Source of the DNA: Ophelia neglecta
Taxonomy: Eukaryota
Direction of reading: 5' to 3'
DNA: 64,000 nucleotides
NCBI GenBank assembly: GCA_965285935.1
Contig: OZ260663.1
Span: 90,954,001-91,018,000 of the forward strand
Part shown: positions 22,193 through 35,633 of the stretch, one piece after another
Layout of the letters: each line of letters begins with the position of its first letter
How positions within the stretch are numbered: position 1 is the first letter of the stretch
Notes under the pieces: generated by a model
Told to the model about the DNA's origin: nothing
What the model saw: only the letters and a program-made list of their open reading frames with translations
Databases searched by the model: none
Made by a program: the position numbers and the translations under genes

Positions 22193-25100
22193 ATGGCTTC
22201 TCCGCCAGTACCGAAGTACAAGCCAGGTGAAGGCGACTGGGTTTGCAGCGACCCAAAGTATGTAACAAAAAACCCAAATAATTTTTGTGAATATTTAGTT
22301 CCTCTAGCTTAACATGCAGTTACTTTCGCAATTCTCAAACATCATTTCTACGTCAATATGCTGCATACAAGTCGCCTGTGTGATGGGATTCAATGAGGAA
22401 TACTCGCATGTACCTCCGATTGAACACTGCAGTGAACCTTCTTTGGGGGGGGGGGGGGGGGGGTAGTCTAGATGTAGCTAGACGGGCAATGGTACTGAGG
22501 TGGCATCGCCATTTTGTTGAGTACTTTAGTATATGCAGAATTCTGTACCCATGTCTTATTTTTATTCAGGAATTGTCCGTAAACCTAAAAGTATTAACAT
22601 GGGATATCAGAATCTAGGGATTGGATGGTGGTAGCACCCTTTGATGTCATCTATCACTCACTATTGTTCTCGTGCTAGTTTAATATCAGTTATCTATCAT
22701 CCCTGGCAGTTCCCTTCATGTGCTTTTCGCCTGCGGTGTCGGTGCACATGCACCAGACCTGGGTGAAATCACTGATCCACAAAACTTTCTAGGTTCTAAA
22801 ATTTTTATCGTGTCTCTTAGAGCCTTGCTTTAGTTTTAGGGACTGCATAATAATAATAGCTTTAAAACTGTACCTGTATTTGTACTGTGAGGTTGATTGT
22901 TTTTTGTAAACTAAGAATAGCAAATAGTCAACATGATACACTGGCACAATTATAACCCAATCAAAGGGTGCTGGGATCATAGTCATGTCAATTGGATTGT
23001 GTCTACAATACTTTGTTAATACAATCAATTCATAGGTACTTAAGCACATACTACATTGCAATTGATTATTTCTGTCAATAATTAAGGTAATTAGTGTTTG
23101 TTTAATGAGCCCATATGGCCCATGATATAAGTATGGAGTTGTGCCCAAGTACATGTATTGAAGAGTGCGAATTCTTGTTACATAAACAATAGCCAACTTT
23201 GAAGTGGCTTTGAAGGTCTTCACTGTTTCCAATTACTGGTTTCTTTTATCCTAACTGTATGCAGAGATAGTATGGAGAGTATCTCTGCATGCCATAAATT
23301 TTTTTAATAGGGTTCACAGGATATATGTCTTTAATATTCTCATGCCCAGACACAATCCTTTACCGCAATATGCACGCCAGTTGTGTGTGGTGTCGGTATT
23401 GCGGTAAAGGATTGTTTCTTCAGAATGTGGGCAGAACAGCCAGATCAGGACTGGATACTTCGGCTGGCATAGCAGTCTAACCATGCTAACCCAGTGCTCT
23501 ATTTGGCCGGTTGCCTGGTCACTTCAGGCAACATGATACCAGCTATTGCGACCTGTTTCTCCCTGATAAGTCGCCTCATTTACTGCTGCCAGGCGAACAG
23601 GCATCTAGGCAAGCATTTAGCTAATCAAGCCAATTTCTTTGCGGCCCACTGGTCCAAATATTACTTAAAACATTTATTGTTATCTATCTCGAGAAGTTCT
23701 TGTTTATCCGACCTTACTTTTCACTTCCTGTAAGGAAAACACTGACCGTTAGTGGTGCTTTAGTCGACTAGCGTTGAAACTGGTCCATTGCCGTAATGCG
23801 CAACTGCTCATGTACTAGCGCACGTTGTATTACTTCAAGGAAGATCCAGTAGCGCATAGGTTTAGATTAGATACATTTGGTGTATCAAAACTCTGATCAG
23901 GCATCAAGCATGTCAGGTGAGCAAGACCATGAAGAATCTAAGGTGTGTGAGGATATTGAATCTACTAGTTCGCGGTCCTCTGTATCAGGATGGAATTTCC
24001 TCTTGAGTTCAGGCACAAAAAGGGGGTGTCTGGACTTTTCGAGCGGGCGCCAGTTCGAGCGGTGGCTATACTGGTCATTTTGACCAGGGACATCAAACGT
24101 ATCGAGCGGGGCCAGTTCTAGTTGTTTATAATTATAGTTAACACTTCCAGTTATATGTGATAACACTGTACACACGACTTTTCGAGCGGCGCGACTGCAC
24201 TTTTTGATCGCGGCGTTGGCTGATCGTATATATACATGGCGGACATGACTGCTAGTAGTTAAGAAAGTGATTGTGTAATAGTTTATGGGAGCTCCCTGTG
24301 AAACAGACTGATTTGAAAATGAAACAACAGGGTAAATATGCGGCCAACTTGTGCAAGTTCGAAGAAAATAAATGTGAAAAAGGTAGCAAGTCACTGTATT
24401 TAGAAAATATCAAAAAATAAACGAGATGCAACCGTTCAAAACGTCGACGGTGAACTTCCCAAATTATTGCCCACAAGGGGGGCTACAAGAGACAAACTGA
24501 ATATTAAGAGAATAGCAAACAATAATACAGTAATATTGCTACATTATCAAGATTTATTGGCTTAACACCTATAAAATGCCCCGCTCAAAATGTCCCCCGC
24601 TCGAAACGACCCCCGCTCGAAGTGTCCCCCGCTCGAAACGACCCAGAACCAAAAAAGAAATCACCAGCGGAGACATGGTGGTGGAATTAGAACTAATAAA
24701 ATAACTAATAAAATTATTGTGTTATATGTAATAAAATGCCTCCATTATTTATGGGCAACCAAATCTCTGCTTGGTCCACTAATTTTTGAGGGTTGGTGGC
24801 CCAAATGCTATTGCTTGGGCCACTAGCTGTTTTGACGAGTGTAGAGCAATGCTAACCGCTATGCCGGAAACCCTACATGGGTCTCACCCTCCTGCATTTG
24901 TCTTATTATCCCTTTTTGCACACACACCACTTATCCCCCCCACCTCCCCCCCCCCCCCCCCACAATGTACCTGTCCCACTAACCCACTTTGCTTATTTCT
25001 GTCTCCATTAAACTCCCATGCACATATATCTGCATTGCTGATATTATCTTTTCAGATGTGGTAATGTGAACTTTGCGCGTCGAGCCCAGTGTAACCGGTG

Positions 25101-28100
25101 TAACATGGACAAGGGGGCCATAGCCCCGGGGGATGCCAGCAGCCCGGCAGTGGTTAAAAAAGGAGGTATCGAGATCGGCAAGGCTATGGCAGAGAAGAGC
25201 CATGGCCTCTTCAGTGCAGACGACTGGCAGTGCAAAACGTAAGCTTGGCTTGAAAACTTAACTCTTTCTTAACATCCAAAAAAAATACAGGGAAACCTGC
25301 TGTAAAGACCACCTTTATATTCAGACCACCTGTCAATTCAGACCACAAATATAAATACCATACTGACCACTCTCATTGTAAAATAACTTGTCTAAACAGA
25401 CCACCTTCATAATCAGACCAGTATCTTATTTTCAGTCCCTTTGGGTGGTCTTAATTCACAGCATTCACTGTAGCTTTTTTTTAATAAAAACTAGAAAGGA
25501 TAGGCTAACAAATTTGAACATTTTATTCTTTAAAAAAAAACCTAGGGCAAGGTGTGAGAATAGTACAATCAACTTGCGGTGATCAGCAGGATAAGGGTAC
25601 ATAAAGTAGACCGGTATCGTTTAATATTAGTAAAAGTACACCATCGCTGTCGTCTATGATGCCCCTTTGTTATGGTATTAGTCGGAGTTTTTTTATCAAC
25701 ACAGCTGTATCAAGACAGTATGTGGGTTCTAAACACACCATATAATGGTCATGTGGATGTTGTAGCTCTCTGATTGCTTTTGTTTGGTCTGCTGTTGATG
25801 TACCCTTCGCAGCAGAGGCTAATGCTTATCGCATAGCTTCTCCGCATCACCCTCTGCCAAAAACCGAGGGAAATTTCCGAGAACCCGGAATTCGAAAACG
25901 AAGCCGTTTGACGTCATACATGGGGAAAGCCCTTTTCTATTAAATAGAATGACGCGCTGTGACGTAGTTGTGCGGAAGGCTACATCTGATTCGTCGATAC
26001 GAAGGTTTGGCGCTTGCAGAATATATATATGCCGGGTCAGTACGAGGTCACTTGAGGTAGCCTCGTACGCAATTAAGATAAGGGAATTCCCTATTGACAG
26101 ATTTCAGCAGAGTGCTACAGGCGAAGAAAGCGGAGCTGTGTACTCTGCTACGAAGGGAACTGTTGATGGTCATTGGTGTACTTTTGTTAGGTACTTATAT
26201 ATGCTTAGCAAATGCCATGTTTGAACCTGGCTTGAATCCCATGTTTCCCACCAGCCTAGAAATACTATGCCAATTGGCATTCTTGGCATGCATACAGGTT
26301 CGTAGAGCTGCTCCAATCCTGCACACCTGGCTGGAACTGATCAAATAGATTCTCCAGTTTAGGAAAATCCCCATGAATTTTCGTGTCAGGACCAATCTAT
26401 GATATACATGTACATGTAGTCCGGATGCCTGTAGTTGTACCCCTACCATAGACATTTGTAGAATAAATGGTTCAAAAAATGTTCAGTCTCACCCAGGCAC
26501 TGTCCTGATAATGTCAGGACAGTTACAGGGTATGAACTGAAAGTTTAATAAACTCACCTAGCCAATAACTATTCCTGTCTGTATTGTATTATTATATTTT
26601 TTCCATATTTTCCTGTGTTTAAATGAGTCTATTGTCTTGTACAGCTGCGGCAACGTTAACTGGGCTCGCCGTAACACGTGTAACATGTGTAGCACCCCCA
26701 AGTTTGGAAAAGTGGAGCAAAGAACTGGCTATGGTGGAGGCTACATGGAACGAGACGAAGTTGTGGAATATATCCAGCGTCCGGATTCCGATGATGATTA
26801 CGATGAGGTGAGTGGCTAGGCCCTACGCGGTTACATTGATAGGGCCTGCCTCCTGGAAGTCAGCAGGTCATGTCAATCTAAGTTGGCCAATGACATAAAG
26901 GTTATTCCACTGTTGAATTTGGGGGGAGGGCCTTGGAACCAATGACATAAAGGTTATTCCACTGTTGAATTTGGGGGGAGGGCTTTGGAACCCCCCCCCC
27001 CCCCACCCCTGTTACTATTTTTCTACATTATAGCATTTCCCAGTGCTGATCAGGGTTGGAAAAACCCGTCGGCCCGAGGCCGATAAATATTGCATCGGGT
27101 CGATAAAGTTCTCACCTAAGTGGCCCCGCGGGCTGGTGACCTGTCAGTGACTGATTTTATTAACTCTTCATGATTTTCTACACAAAAAAATTTGGATCTT
27201 GCAAGTCGTGGATATAGCTTGCTGCTGTCATGCATGTTTTCCACCTCATTGGAAGGAGCGATCTGATTGGCCTAGCCGGGCATGCCCCTGATCTCTTAGC
27301 CAATCACGCTGTTTGTAGCTTCTGACCTCCGGCACTACCACGCTTTGAATCAGTTCACAATTACCGAAATTTCTCTGCTCTTCACCACAGGTACGCAAGG
27401 CGACTATCCGCTACTACCTATAATAACTAATGGTTTGCAACTCTGCAGGGCGCCCAGTGTTAACACCCCACCGCTACATGGGAAACTTGTGGTCCTGCAT
27501 TAGGTCCTCGATATTGCGCCTTAGTCTTGGTACTCGGATGCCATAACAATGTTTGCTAATAAATACATATCAAAGGTGACGTATTCGAACCCTGCGTGTG
27601 TTTTAGTTCACTTTAAGACTATTTCGAGCCATTTCTGGCATTCGTTCAGTAATCTGAGATCAGCTACAACCCCTACTCCTAGGACTAAACACGGGTAATT
27701 AATCATATCTTTTGGTACATACACTATTTTTCTTAAATATTTATTATATACTTGATGAAGATTATCCTTATATTAAGATATTTTAAGGTTTTTTTAGGAG
27801 TTAAGCTACATTTTTCTCTTGCAGCAAACCAGTCAACCAACTTAATGTTTGTCACAGGTTGCAGTCAGACACTTCATTATCAACTGGGGCAACAATGTCT
27901 CTTAGCTACTTCCAATTAACCTATTCATTTGTTTGATTGATTCTGATCAAATTAAACAAGCCTGTCTTTGTCAATTTATAACAACCTGGTCAACAGAATG
28001 TCTGTGTGTGTTTGGGGGGGGGGACAGGTGATTGGTATATTTAGAATTAAAATTACAATTTTGACCAATCAGCGGCCGCATCAGATTCGAGCCCGGCGTC

Positions 28101-31100
28101 ACCTACTTGTTGACAATGATGGACGGTCTCCCATGGCTTGAACCGTGCATAGCCACAGCCAAATATGAATGGGTGGCTGGGATTTCATTCTTTTTTCATC
28201 AAGACGATTTCATTGTGGAATAAAAAAGAACACACATTCGAGTTAGTAGCTTTTGTGATACTTTTACTCGGGGAAGAAGCGATGTCTGCCGAAAATTACT
28301 GCTGGAGTGAATATATCGCGAAGTAAGGCAACGACCGACACGTTTCCAGCACAGCAACCGAGGAGTTGCAAACCTTTAGTTATTATAGGTTGTAGCGGAT
28401 AGACACCTCGCGTAACTATGACTCTTCTCATTGTTAAAATTGTGTTGAAAAATTAACGTATACTAGTATATATATATTTTTTTTTTCAGGGCCTATAACT
28501 TTTTGATTTACATGCCCTGATAGGGCCTGTAACTTTTTGATTTACATGCCCTGATGGGGCCTGTAACTTTTTGATTTACATGCCCTGATGGGGCCTGTAA
28601 CTTTTGGTCTGGGCTGTCATTTTTTAAGTTGCTGGCCCGATGGGCCTGTTACTCTCCACAGATTTTTCCACCCCTGGTGCTGATTGACCCCTATACCCCA
28701 TGTTTGCCCTACACGCACCCCCTAGTTTTCATTTCCTCCCCTCCCAAGAAAGTGAACCAAGGAATGTAATAAAAAAACGAGAAAATTGTTTTGCGCTCCG
28801 TGCAAAATGAAAAACTATCCCCTGTTGTTCATTAAGAGTTACCCTCTTCCCCCCCCCCCCCCCCCCCCGCTGATAAAAAAAACACCCCAAATATTTTATT
28901 TTCCCTCCAGGGTTGAACCACATCCCTGGCAATCATTTCCAGCATAGATAATGCCCCTTTTTCCTTACCCCCTGCCCCCGCCCGGGCTATTTTTCCTGAC
29001 CTCCCCTTCATTGTTGTATTCTCAATACATGTTGAGCTTGGTATTCTACAGACGTGTATTATGATAAATATTGTAGACATTGAGTCTGACAACTGGTTCA
29101 GACGATCGGTGACTGTCTTTGCTGACTGACAACAGGCTCAGTGAGTGAAGTTCAGTCATGAAAGTGTCAACGTAATAGTTTACAAAGTGCACAATGATAT
29201 AAAATTTATGCCATGTCACGTGATGCAACGCATCGTAACAGTTTATTACTGCTTTACTTAGAACTGCTTATAATATGCTCAATGGATGTTTTTAGTTTGA
29301 TAATTTGCAGGCGTTTTGTGCCACCGATTGTAACGCATATATTGATTTACTGTTTATTTCCTGCTTAATTTAGGAGTATTTAATTAGCTACCATGTTCTG
29401 ACCATGTTACTATTGATATTACTTGCCTATTGTCGTTGACAGATTATGATTACACAATGTTTGCTTCATCGTGATTTATCTTCGTATCTTGAATTTTGCG
29501 GTCCTCTTTAATTAAGTATAATAATTTTTGACCGTACATTTTGACGTCCAGTGTTGTCTTCATTTTCACAGTACTTTGTTTCTGCTGATTTATTTAAGAT
29601 ATAGCTGTTTTATTGTAAATCTGTTCATAATAATATCAATCATTTTGGATGTCATGTCCATTTCTCCCCTGTATATATGTATAAATGTCATAGGGCGTCC
29701 AGTCCTCACGGCCTCGGCTATTACTGGCGTCCTGGTGTTACTTTGTTTCGTCATCAATGTATTGCTAGTTTGTACATGTTGATGTGATGTCTATGTAGCA
29801 CCAAATAAACTCAATTCAATCAATCAATCAATTGTACATATCCCCTGCCCCCCTCCCCCCCCCCCCTCCCTAACAGGGATGAATTTTAGATTTTCCCACC
29901 CCATAAAAGAAATAGAAAATGGCTGCAATTCTTCAAGCTGACACAAAGATGGTTGTGAAGTAAGCTATAGCAAGAAATAAGCACTGTGTTTTTTTTAAAT
30001 ATTTGGAGAGTTTGCTTTCTGTTGATATTCAGCGAAAAATTCAGTGTGTCACTAGAGAATTCTGAAGAGTGAGCCATTCTGTCCACATAATACCATGTAT
30101 CTGCCAGAATTATGCTGATAGCAGTATGAAAAGTAGGATGTTTATGGCCTTTTTATCAGAGACAAACTGACAAGCCTTTATTGTTGTCCCTTCCAGTTTG
30201 GTAGGCTGAAGAAGAAGAAGAGGCGTGAGAGTGGCCCGGGCGTGGGTCCTGAGCAGGTCAACCCCCTGGACAAGGTCGAAGGTCAGGCAGAGGAACAGGA
30301 GGATGACGACGATGATGATGACGACGATGATGATGCCAATCTAGATCAATACAAACTTGATGACGATGATGATGATGATGTAGGTTTACATCTTTTAAAT
30401 ATATAAAATGATTTAAAGCATGGTATTACTGTAATGTAAAGTCAGAAACATTCTGTAGGAATTTATTTTGCAAATGCGAAATATAACTCCTGCAAAATGT
30501 TAAAAAGCGCCCTTGATCCTGTCCTGGTGGTATTATTTGTGTGAAATTAAATTCCAAGGAAAACAACACACTTCTTTTAAATTTGTGCAATGTTATTCCT
30601 GTAAACATTTCTGACTACAGTATATACAATGCTTTCTCTGGTGGGTAAAATAAAAAGCCTGTCTCGCATATAGGGGGGGGGGGGGGTGAATATCAAATGG
30701 CACGTCCTTAACTCATATCCTGAGGACTTGGGAGCCGTAATACCTTCAAGTTCAAGTGAAGTCACAGATGTGTTCGGGAGGTGCCCTTTAGAAATCATAT
30801 CACATTCACATGTATTGTCTGACGGTACTCTACTGACTGTATGGTAGCTCTAGTTAAATGGGGAGAAAATATGAGTTTCTAGTCAACAGGAAACAAACAC
30901 ACCTTGCCACAACCAACCTGGCCACAATCAAAGTGGCATTATGCATTCCCAGCCACGTGGCTTAGTAACGCCTGCAGAAAAGTAGGGTCCAACCAACAAT
31001 GGCTGTCATGAACCTATTAAATCTATTACTGGTTTGACAGTGTCCATTGCCGGCCTGGCTGGGTTGGTTTTGGTTGGGTACGATTAAGGTCGCGGCTCTT

Positions 31101-33869
31101 TGACCTGATCACATGGTGTTTCTCATAGCCAAAAGCAAGATCATGAGATTTTTCCAGCCAGGACAAGGAGATGGATTGTGGGTAGAAATTTTTCCATAAG
31201 TCAGACGCCTGTAAATACAATAGTCACAGACTTCCAGCATACATGAGTACACCAATAATGTTTCTAGATAATATACAAACAGTGTCACAGCAAATGTTAG
31301 AGCTTTCTTGTTAAAAGACCTATATATGTGTGCTGTAGGCATTTATGGCTAGTGATATTTCACAAACACATGACACATAAGTTAGCACACCTATAAGTTG
31401 GTCAGTCAGTCTTACATTCCATTGTTTCTTTTGGCTAAGACTGAATTGGTGATCACCCAAGTTATACACATTTGATTGGTGTTGTTAATAGGTGCTAATA
31501 TTGTCATCTTTGCAGTCATCTTCAATCTGGTTTTGAGTTCACTGGAAATGGTATGAACCTAAAGGTCCCTATATGAGATGCTGATACATCTTGTGTGCTG
31601 GGAGTACCCGGTATAACCCTATATTGTAGGGTAGCTTTGGAGAATATTTTGTATCTTTTGGGGATCGAGCACTTTTGGTGTCCTGGATAGGGGTTTTTGG
31701 GACAAAGGTTGCCCTAGATGTGAAGGTTTTCACAAGAAATTGCGTATGCCCCTTGGGGTCAATTTCTTGAACAGCCCTTAGTAACATTTGTGGAATGACT
31801 TGGTGTTTTGGGTATTCAGCAGCAGGATTTGTTTCCGATTATCTTTTACAGGACGAAGACGTTGATCTGGGTCAGTATGCCCTAGATTCTGATGATGCAG
31901 CAGAGATTTCGAAAGCAAAAGGGAAAAAGTCAAATTCCAGGTCATCTCGGTCAAGATCATCATCGTCAAGCTCCTCCAGGTCAAGCTCCAGCTCTAGGTC
32001 AAGGTCAAGGTCAAAACATGATAGGAAGAGGGATCACTCAAGATCTAGGTCAAGGTAACAAGGGTTAAAGGTCAAGGTCAATATCAGTTTTCATTGTTGT
32101 TCAAACACATGGACAACAGCTTTATCCATTTTTTAAATTGTTGTAGTAGTATGAATATTGTGACTTCCAAGTATTCATGTAATCAGCTGGTGACTTAGGT
32201 TAAGAGTTGTTAACTTAGGTTTCTTAAAAAGCCTACTGATTTTGAATTTTTTCCAATCCCAGTGCATAAAATGAAAGGCTAGAAAAGTAAAATTTACCTC
32301 AGTTCTGTTGGGCTAAATAACAATATTTGGTTATTTTTAAAGCCATAAATGTGTCATCCTTGAAGCTGTCAAATAGTATCTATGTTTTTGCTATTAACCA
32401 CTTGAGTGGTTTTAATAGTAAAATATACTGTGATAGTTTTGCTATGTATTTCAATATTGTGTCAGTGACAGGCAGTGAAAGTAAATCCTGCATTGCTGTG
32501 ACTTGGTGATATTTGAGAAACTGTTTTAGTCCGTCTGACAGTTGGCAATTCATCATTTTATTTAAGTTGTTATCAATGCGCACAACCTGTATGTGTTATA
32601 GGATAACATGTCCCTGTAACATAACATGTCCCTGTAACATAACATGTCCCTGTAACATAAAATCCTGTTACAAGATAAACTCCATCATTTACTATTGAGC
32701 ATGAGAAGAGAGTTTTATCCTAATGTCATGAAAAGATGGAACTTTGGTTATTGTCTACAAGCCCAGTCTTTGCGTTAAATGTCTCTTATCACACACATAC
32801 TTACTTTTGAGCAAATGCCATATTTCAAAAAATAATTATGATATTATGATATATAATGGATAAACTGACTTTAGATAACAAAAAAAAATACCATAAAAGC
32901 TTTGACCAACTTGATGTTGGATATATTTTATTAATTCCAAAAATGTAGAAATGTTTTTTGTTTTTATTTGTGAGTGAATATAAACATGGATATATTACCT
33001 AGGTTCCTATTTGTGAAGCAGATAATATTATATCTCTGTGTAAAAGTGGTCAGTGTGTGTGTGTGTGTTAACTGTCTGCCCATTCTCTTAGGTTCTTTGA
33101 TAGTTAGAACACAAACCAAAGTTGTAACAGTTCATGGCATAAGCAATGGTATTTGTATGAATCAGCTATCACTGTATTTTAACTTTGCCAGGTCTGCCTC
33201 TTCTGAACGGAAGCGCAGACGTCATTCTCGCAGTTCCAGCCAATCAAGGTCAAGTTCTAGGTCACGGTCAAGGGACAAAGGTCGCCGAGACAGCAAGAAG
33301 TCCACGAGGAGGTCGAGGTTTGGGGTTAAATCATCCGGCAGTGCTTATAAAACATCTCGGCTCTTAGACGTTAGACATTTTGAATCTGCTGAGAATCTTT
33401 ATTGCTGAATGGATTTTTAAAAGTCCGACCTGTGTTCTCTCTACCTGGAACAAATTTCAAATTTTAATGGCATTTTTCTTTTAATATAGTACAGTTTTAT
33501 TTTATTTGGCACATTCATCTTGGGGGAAAATATCGAACCACAGTTTCAAGGCCTATATTGATAAATAGAAAGATATTTCATGTTTAAGCACTGCTTGGAT
33601 AAAAAAAAAGTTTTATTTTCTTATTATATAGAAATTATTATACTGCTAAATAAAAATAATCTTCTAATTGCCTGAATTAATTTGACACCATGTTGTATTG
33701 TGTATAAGGCATGTGAATATATCAGATTTATCAATAATTTAACAGATGCTTCTTAAAGCATTATATAAATTTGCAATACACTTTATTGCCATATGAGTTG
33801 TTTTGATTTTTATCATGTTTATGTAGTATTTTTCTTCCCACCTCTTTCAGATCCAGTTCCAGATCTTAA
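22193..33869 (+). CDS. ZRANB2: Zinc finger Ran-binding domain-containing protein 2; exons 22193-22257, 25056-25238, 26645-26807, 30197-30379, 31852-32054, 33192-33317, 33851-33869
   Basis: Two RanBP2 zinc fingers (GDWVCSDPK|CGNVNFARRAQCNRC; SADDWQCKT|CGNVNWARRNTCNMC), RTGYGGGYMER, DEFGR..KKK, acidic tract and RS domain. All introns GT-AG and phase-consistent; TAA at 33867-33869. Confidence 0.95.
24025..24650. mobile_element. Degenerate TIR element with (tcgagcggg)n / (cccgctcga)n subterminal arrays
   Basis: Inverted arrays at 24038-24110 and 24578-24640; no clean TSD found. Confidence 0.55.
25288..25470. mobile_element. pogo/Tigger-like MITE, copy 3
   Basis: TA-cagggaaacctg...cagcattcactg-TA with the same internal motifs. 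Confidence 0.78.
25801..26159. mobile_element. 359-bp MITE with 9-bp TSD
   Basis: TIR tacccttcgcagcagag / ctctgctacgaagggaa (15/17); TSD ctgttgatg at 25792-25800 and 26160-26168. Confidence 0.82.
26887..26992. repeat. ~52-bp direct duplication
   Basis: ccaatgacataaaggttattccactgttgaatttgggggg..ttggaacc occurs twice. Confidence 0.85.
27394..28412. mobile_element. Tc1/mariner-like non-autonomous element nested in the hAT element
   Basis: ~50-bp TIRs (cgc[a/g]agg..ctatccgctac.acctataataactaa.ggtttgcaactc) flanked by TA on both sides. Confidence 0.8.
28489..28604. repeat. 33-bp tandem repeat x~3.5 (hAT subterminal)
   Basis: gggcctgtaactttttgatttacatgccctgat units with no spacers. Confidence 0.88.
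29030..29832 (+). mobile_element. 3' tail of a CR1/L2-like LINE in ZRANB2 intron 3
   Basis: Stem-loop gggcgtccag...ctggcgtcc, then AATAAA and a (CAAT)n tail; left boundary approximate. Confidence 0.5.
32603..32660. repeat. 18-bp tandem repeat x3
   Basis: ataacatgtccctgtaac x3. Confidence 0.9.
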
Positions 33870-35633
33870 AACTGAGAGAGATAAAGCAATGGTAGCCATT
33901 TTGTTAGCATTTGATGTGAAAGAAAACTGTTTAAAGAGGATGTTTGTAAATTTTGCAAGTTTTGGCATGCCCTGTACAAAATGATCCAATGGAATTTGAA
34001 ATGGAATTTGAAAATTTATTCAATCGTTGATCGTAAGAGTACTTAATGTTTGATCTATTTAACAGATACTGGTCCTGGGGATTTTTAAAGATATCTGCTA
34101 CCTCTGAAGATAATTATTCAGATCACAAGTAAACCATAATATCAAGATACATTGAAGTATTCAACCTCCATGAATTTGCGTATTATGTAAAATATTATGA
34201 TCAATATTATTACAGTGGGGGTAAGAGAAGTAGACGGAGATAAAGCTAGGGGAAGGGGGGTGGCCCAACCCAGGCAAGAAGGGGCCTACCCAGGTGCATA
34301 CCAATTTGGTCTTATTTTCCCCTCTTGTCAACAATTTCTGCCCCACCCCACCTCAAGGACAGAAGGTAGCCATGACATCTTAAACAGAAAAGAGATGAAT
34401 TTAGTAATGTTTTGGCCTTTTGAGTGTATGCTTCTCTTGTATTTTTGTTCAGCCAAAAATCCATTTATAATTATAAAGTGCTTATTTCCAAGATCAAGGT
34501 GACTTGTACAATAAATCATCTACTTGTAAGTAGTATGTACTAAAATGAAACGTCGCTGCACCAGTTAGTCAGCAGTATAATGGTGTAGCTAAGTTAAGTT
34601 CCATGAGACTAGATCTAGATGCATTTAGAAAATTAGATCTAGACTGTTCTTTTGAATATATAGAAATAGATCTAGGTTTGGTAGGCAATAAATACAGTCA
34701 ACCACCATTGTCAGACTCATTTTTACAAGCATTCAAGTTACTTTCTGATAAAAACTTGCATGGATATTAGCGTTTCCTGGTAAGTTCTATTCAGACTACA
34801 CTAAAAAGAAAGTTTGTTTAAATTCAGCCCTCCTGTTCAGTACCAATAGACACTGTTGAACCCTTCTATTTCATGAGCCTCTCATTTCGGCATTTCCCGC
34901 GTAGGGTCTAACCGGTTAATTGAAAAGATCATGCAAATATGGGCACAGTGAGGACATAGGCCTATTGCAGAAACCTCTAAAATGCAAATTAAGGGGCAGT
35001 GAAACAAGTTGTATGCCAAAAACGTGCACATTACTGGGCAGCAAATTTAAAGGGTTTACAATACATAATGGTAATATGTTTGTGGATGTTAAAATTTGAA
35101 GAAAATAAAATGGCGCTTGGCATGTTTCTAATTATGCAAAGGAATAATCAGGCTAAAATTTGCAAGTTTCGTGTTCGAGACCTAGCATTTTTTTTTGCAA
35201 AATTGGTGAATTTAAACCTGTGGGAACATTCTTACCGTTATGTACAGTATTTGACTCATTTTTAACACACAAATAAACATGATTTGCCGCTTGCCTCGGG
35301 CTGCAATTGGACGTCTGTAAGTATTGCTAAAAGTTCAGAGTGTGCACCCTGACCAAAAAGGTTCTATAGACTATCTGTAATGGTCAAATAATACAGCAGG
35401 ATTAATTGGCAATTTTTAGGATAACTGATTGGTTGCAAGATTAAAGCTCCCTGATATCGTAATTGTAAACATGTTTGTGCAGAATTAAATTTGTGCTTTT
35501 GCAAACAAAAATATTGTGTGTTTTATTTCATGGGTAGATATAATAAGGGCCACATGTGAATAGGATATTCATATGCATATACATCAGGGAAAGGGGTATT
35601 TCCCTATCCCATTAGTCTAGTGGGGATTTGTAT

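Larger units (their letters stand above)
27051..28676. mobile_element. Non-autonomous hAT-like element, 8-bp TSD
   Basis: TIR cagggttggaaaaa / tttttccacccctg; perfect TSD gtgctgat (27043-27050, 28677-28684); subterminal 33-bp repeats. Confidence 0.88.

Noticed and set aside
28489-28604. CRISPR-like 33-bp repeats
   Set aside because: No spacers, eukaryotic context, and the array is the subterminal region of a hAT element.
29045-29135. C/D-box snoRNA (atgataa...ctga...ctga)
   Set aside because: Imperfect C box, no recognisable rRNA complement, and it overlaps a probable LINE tail.
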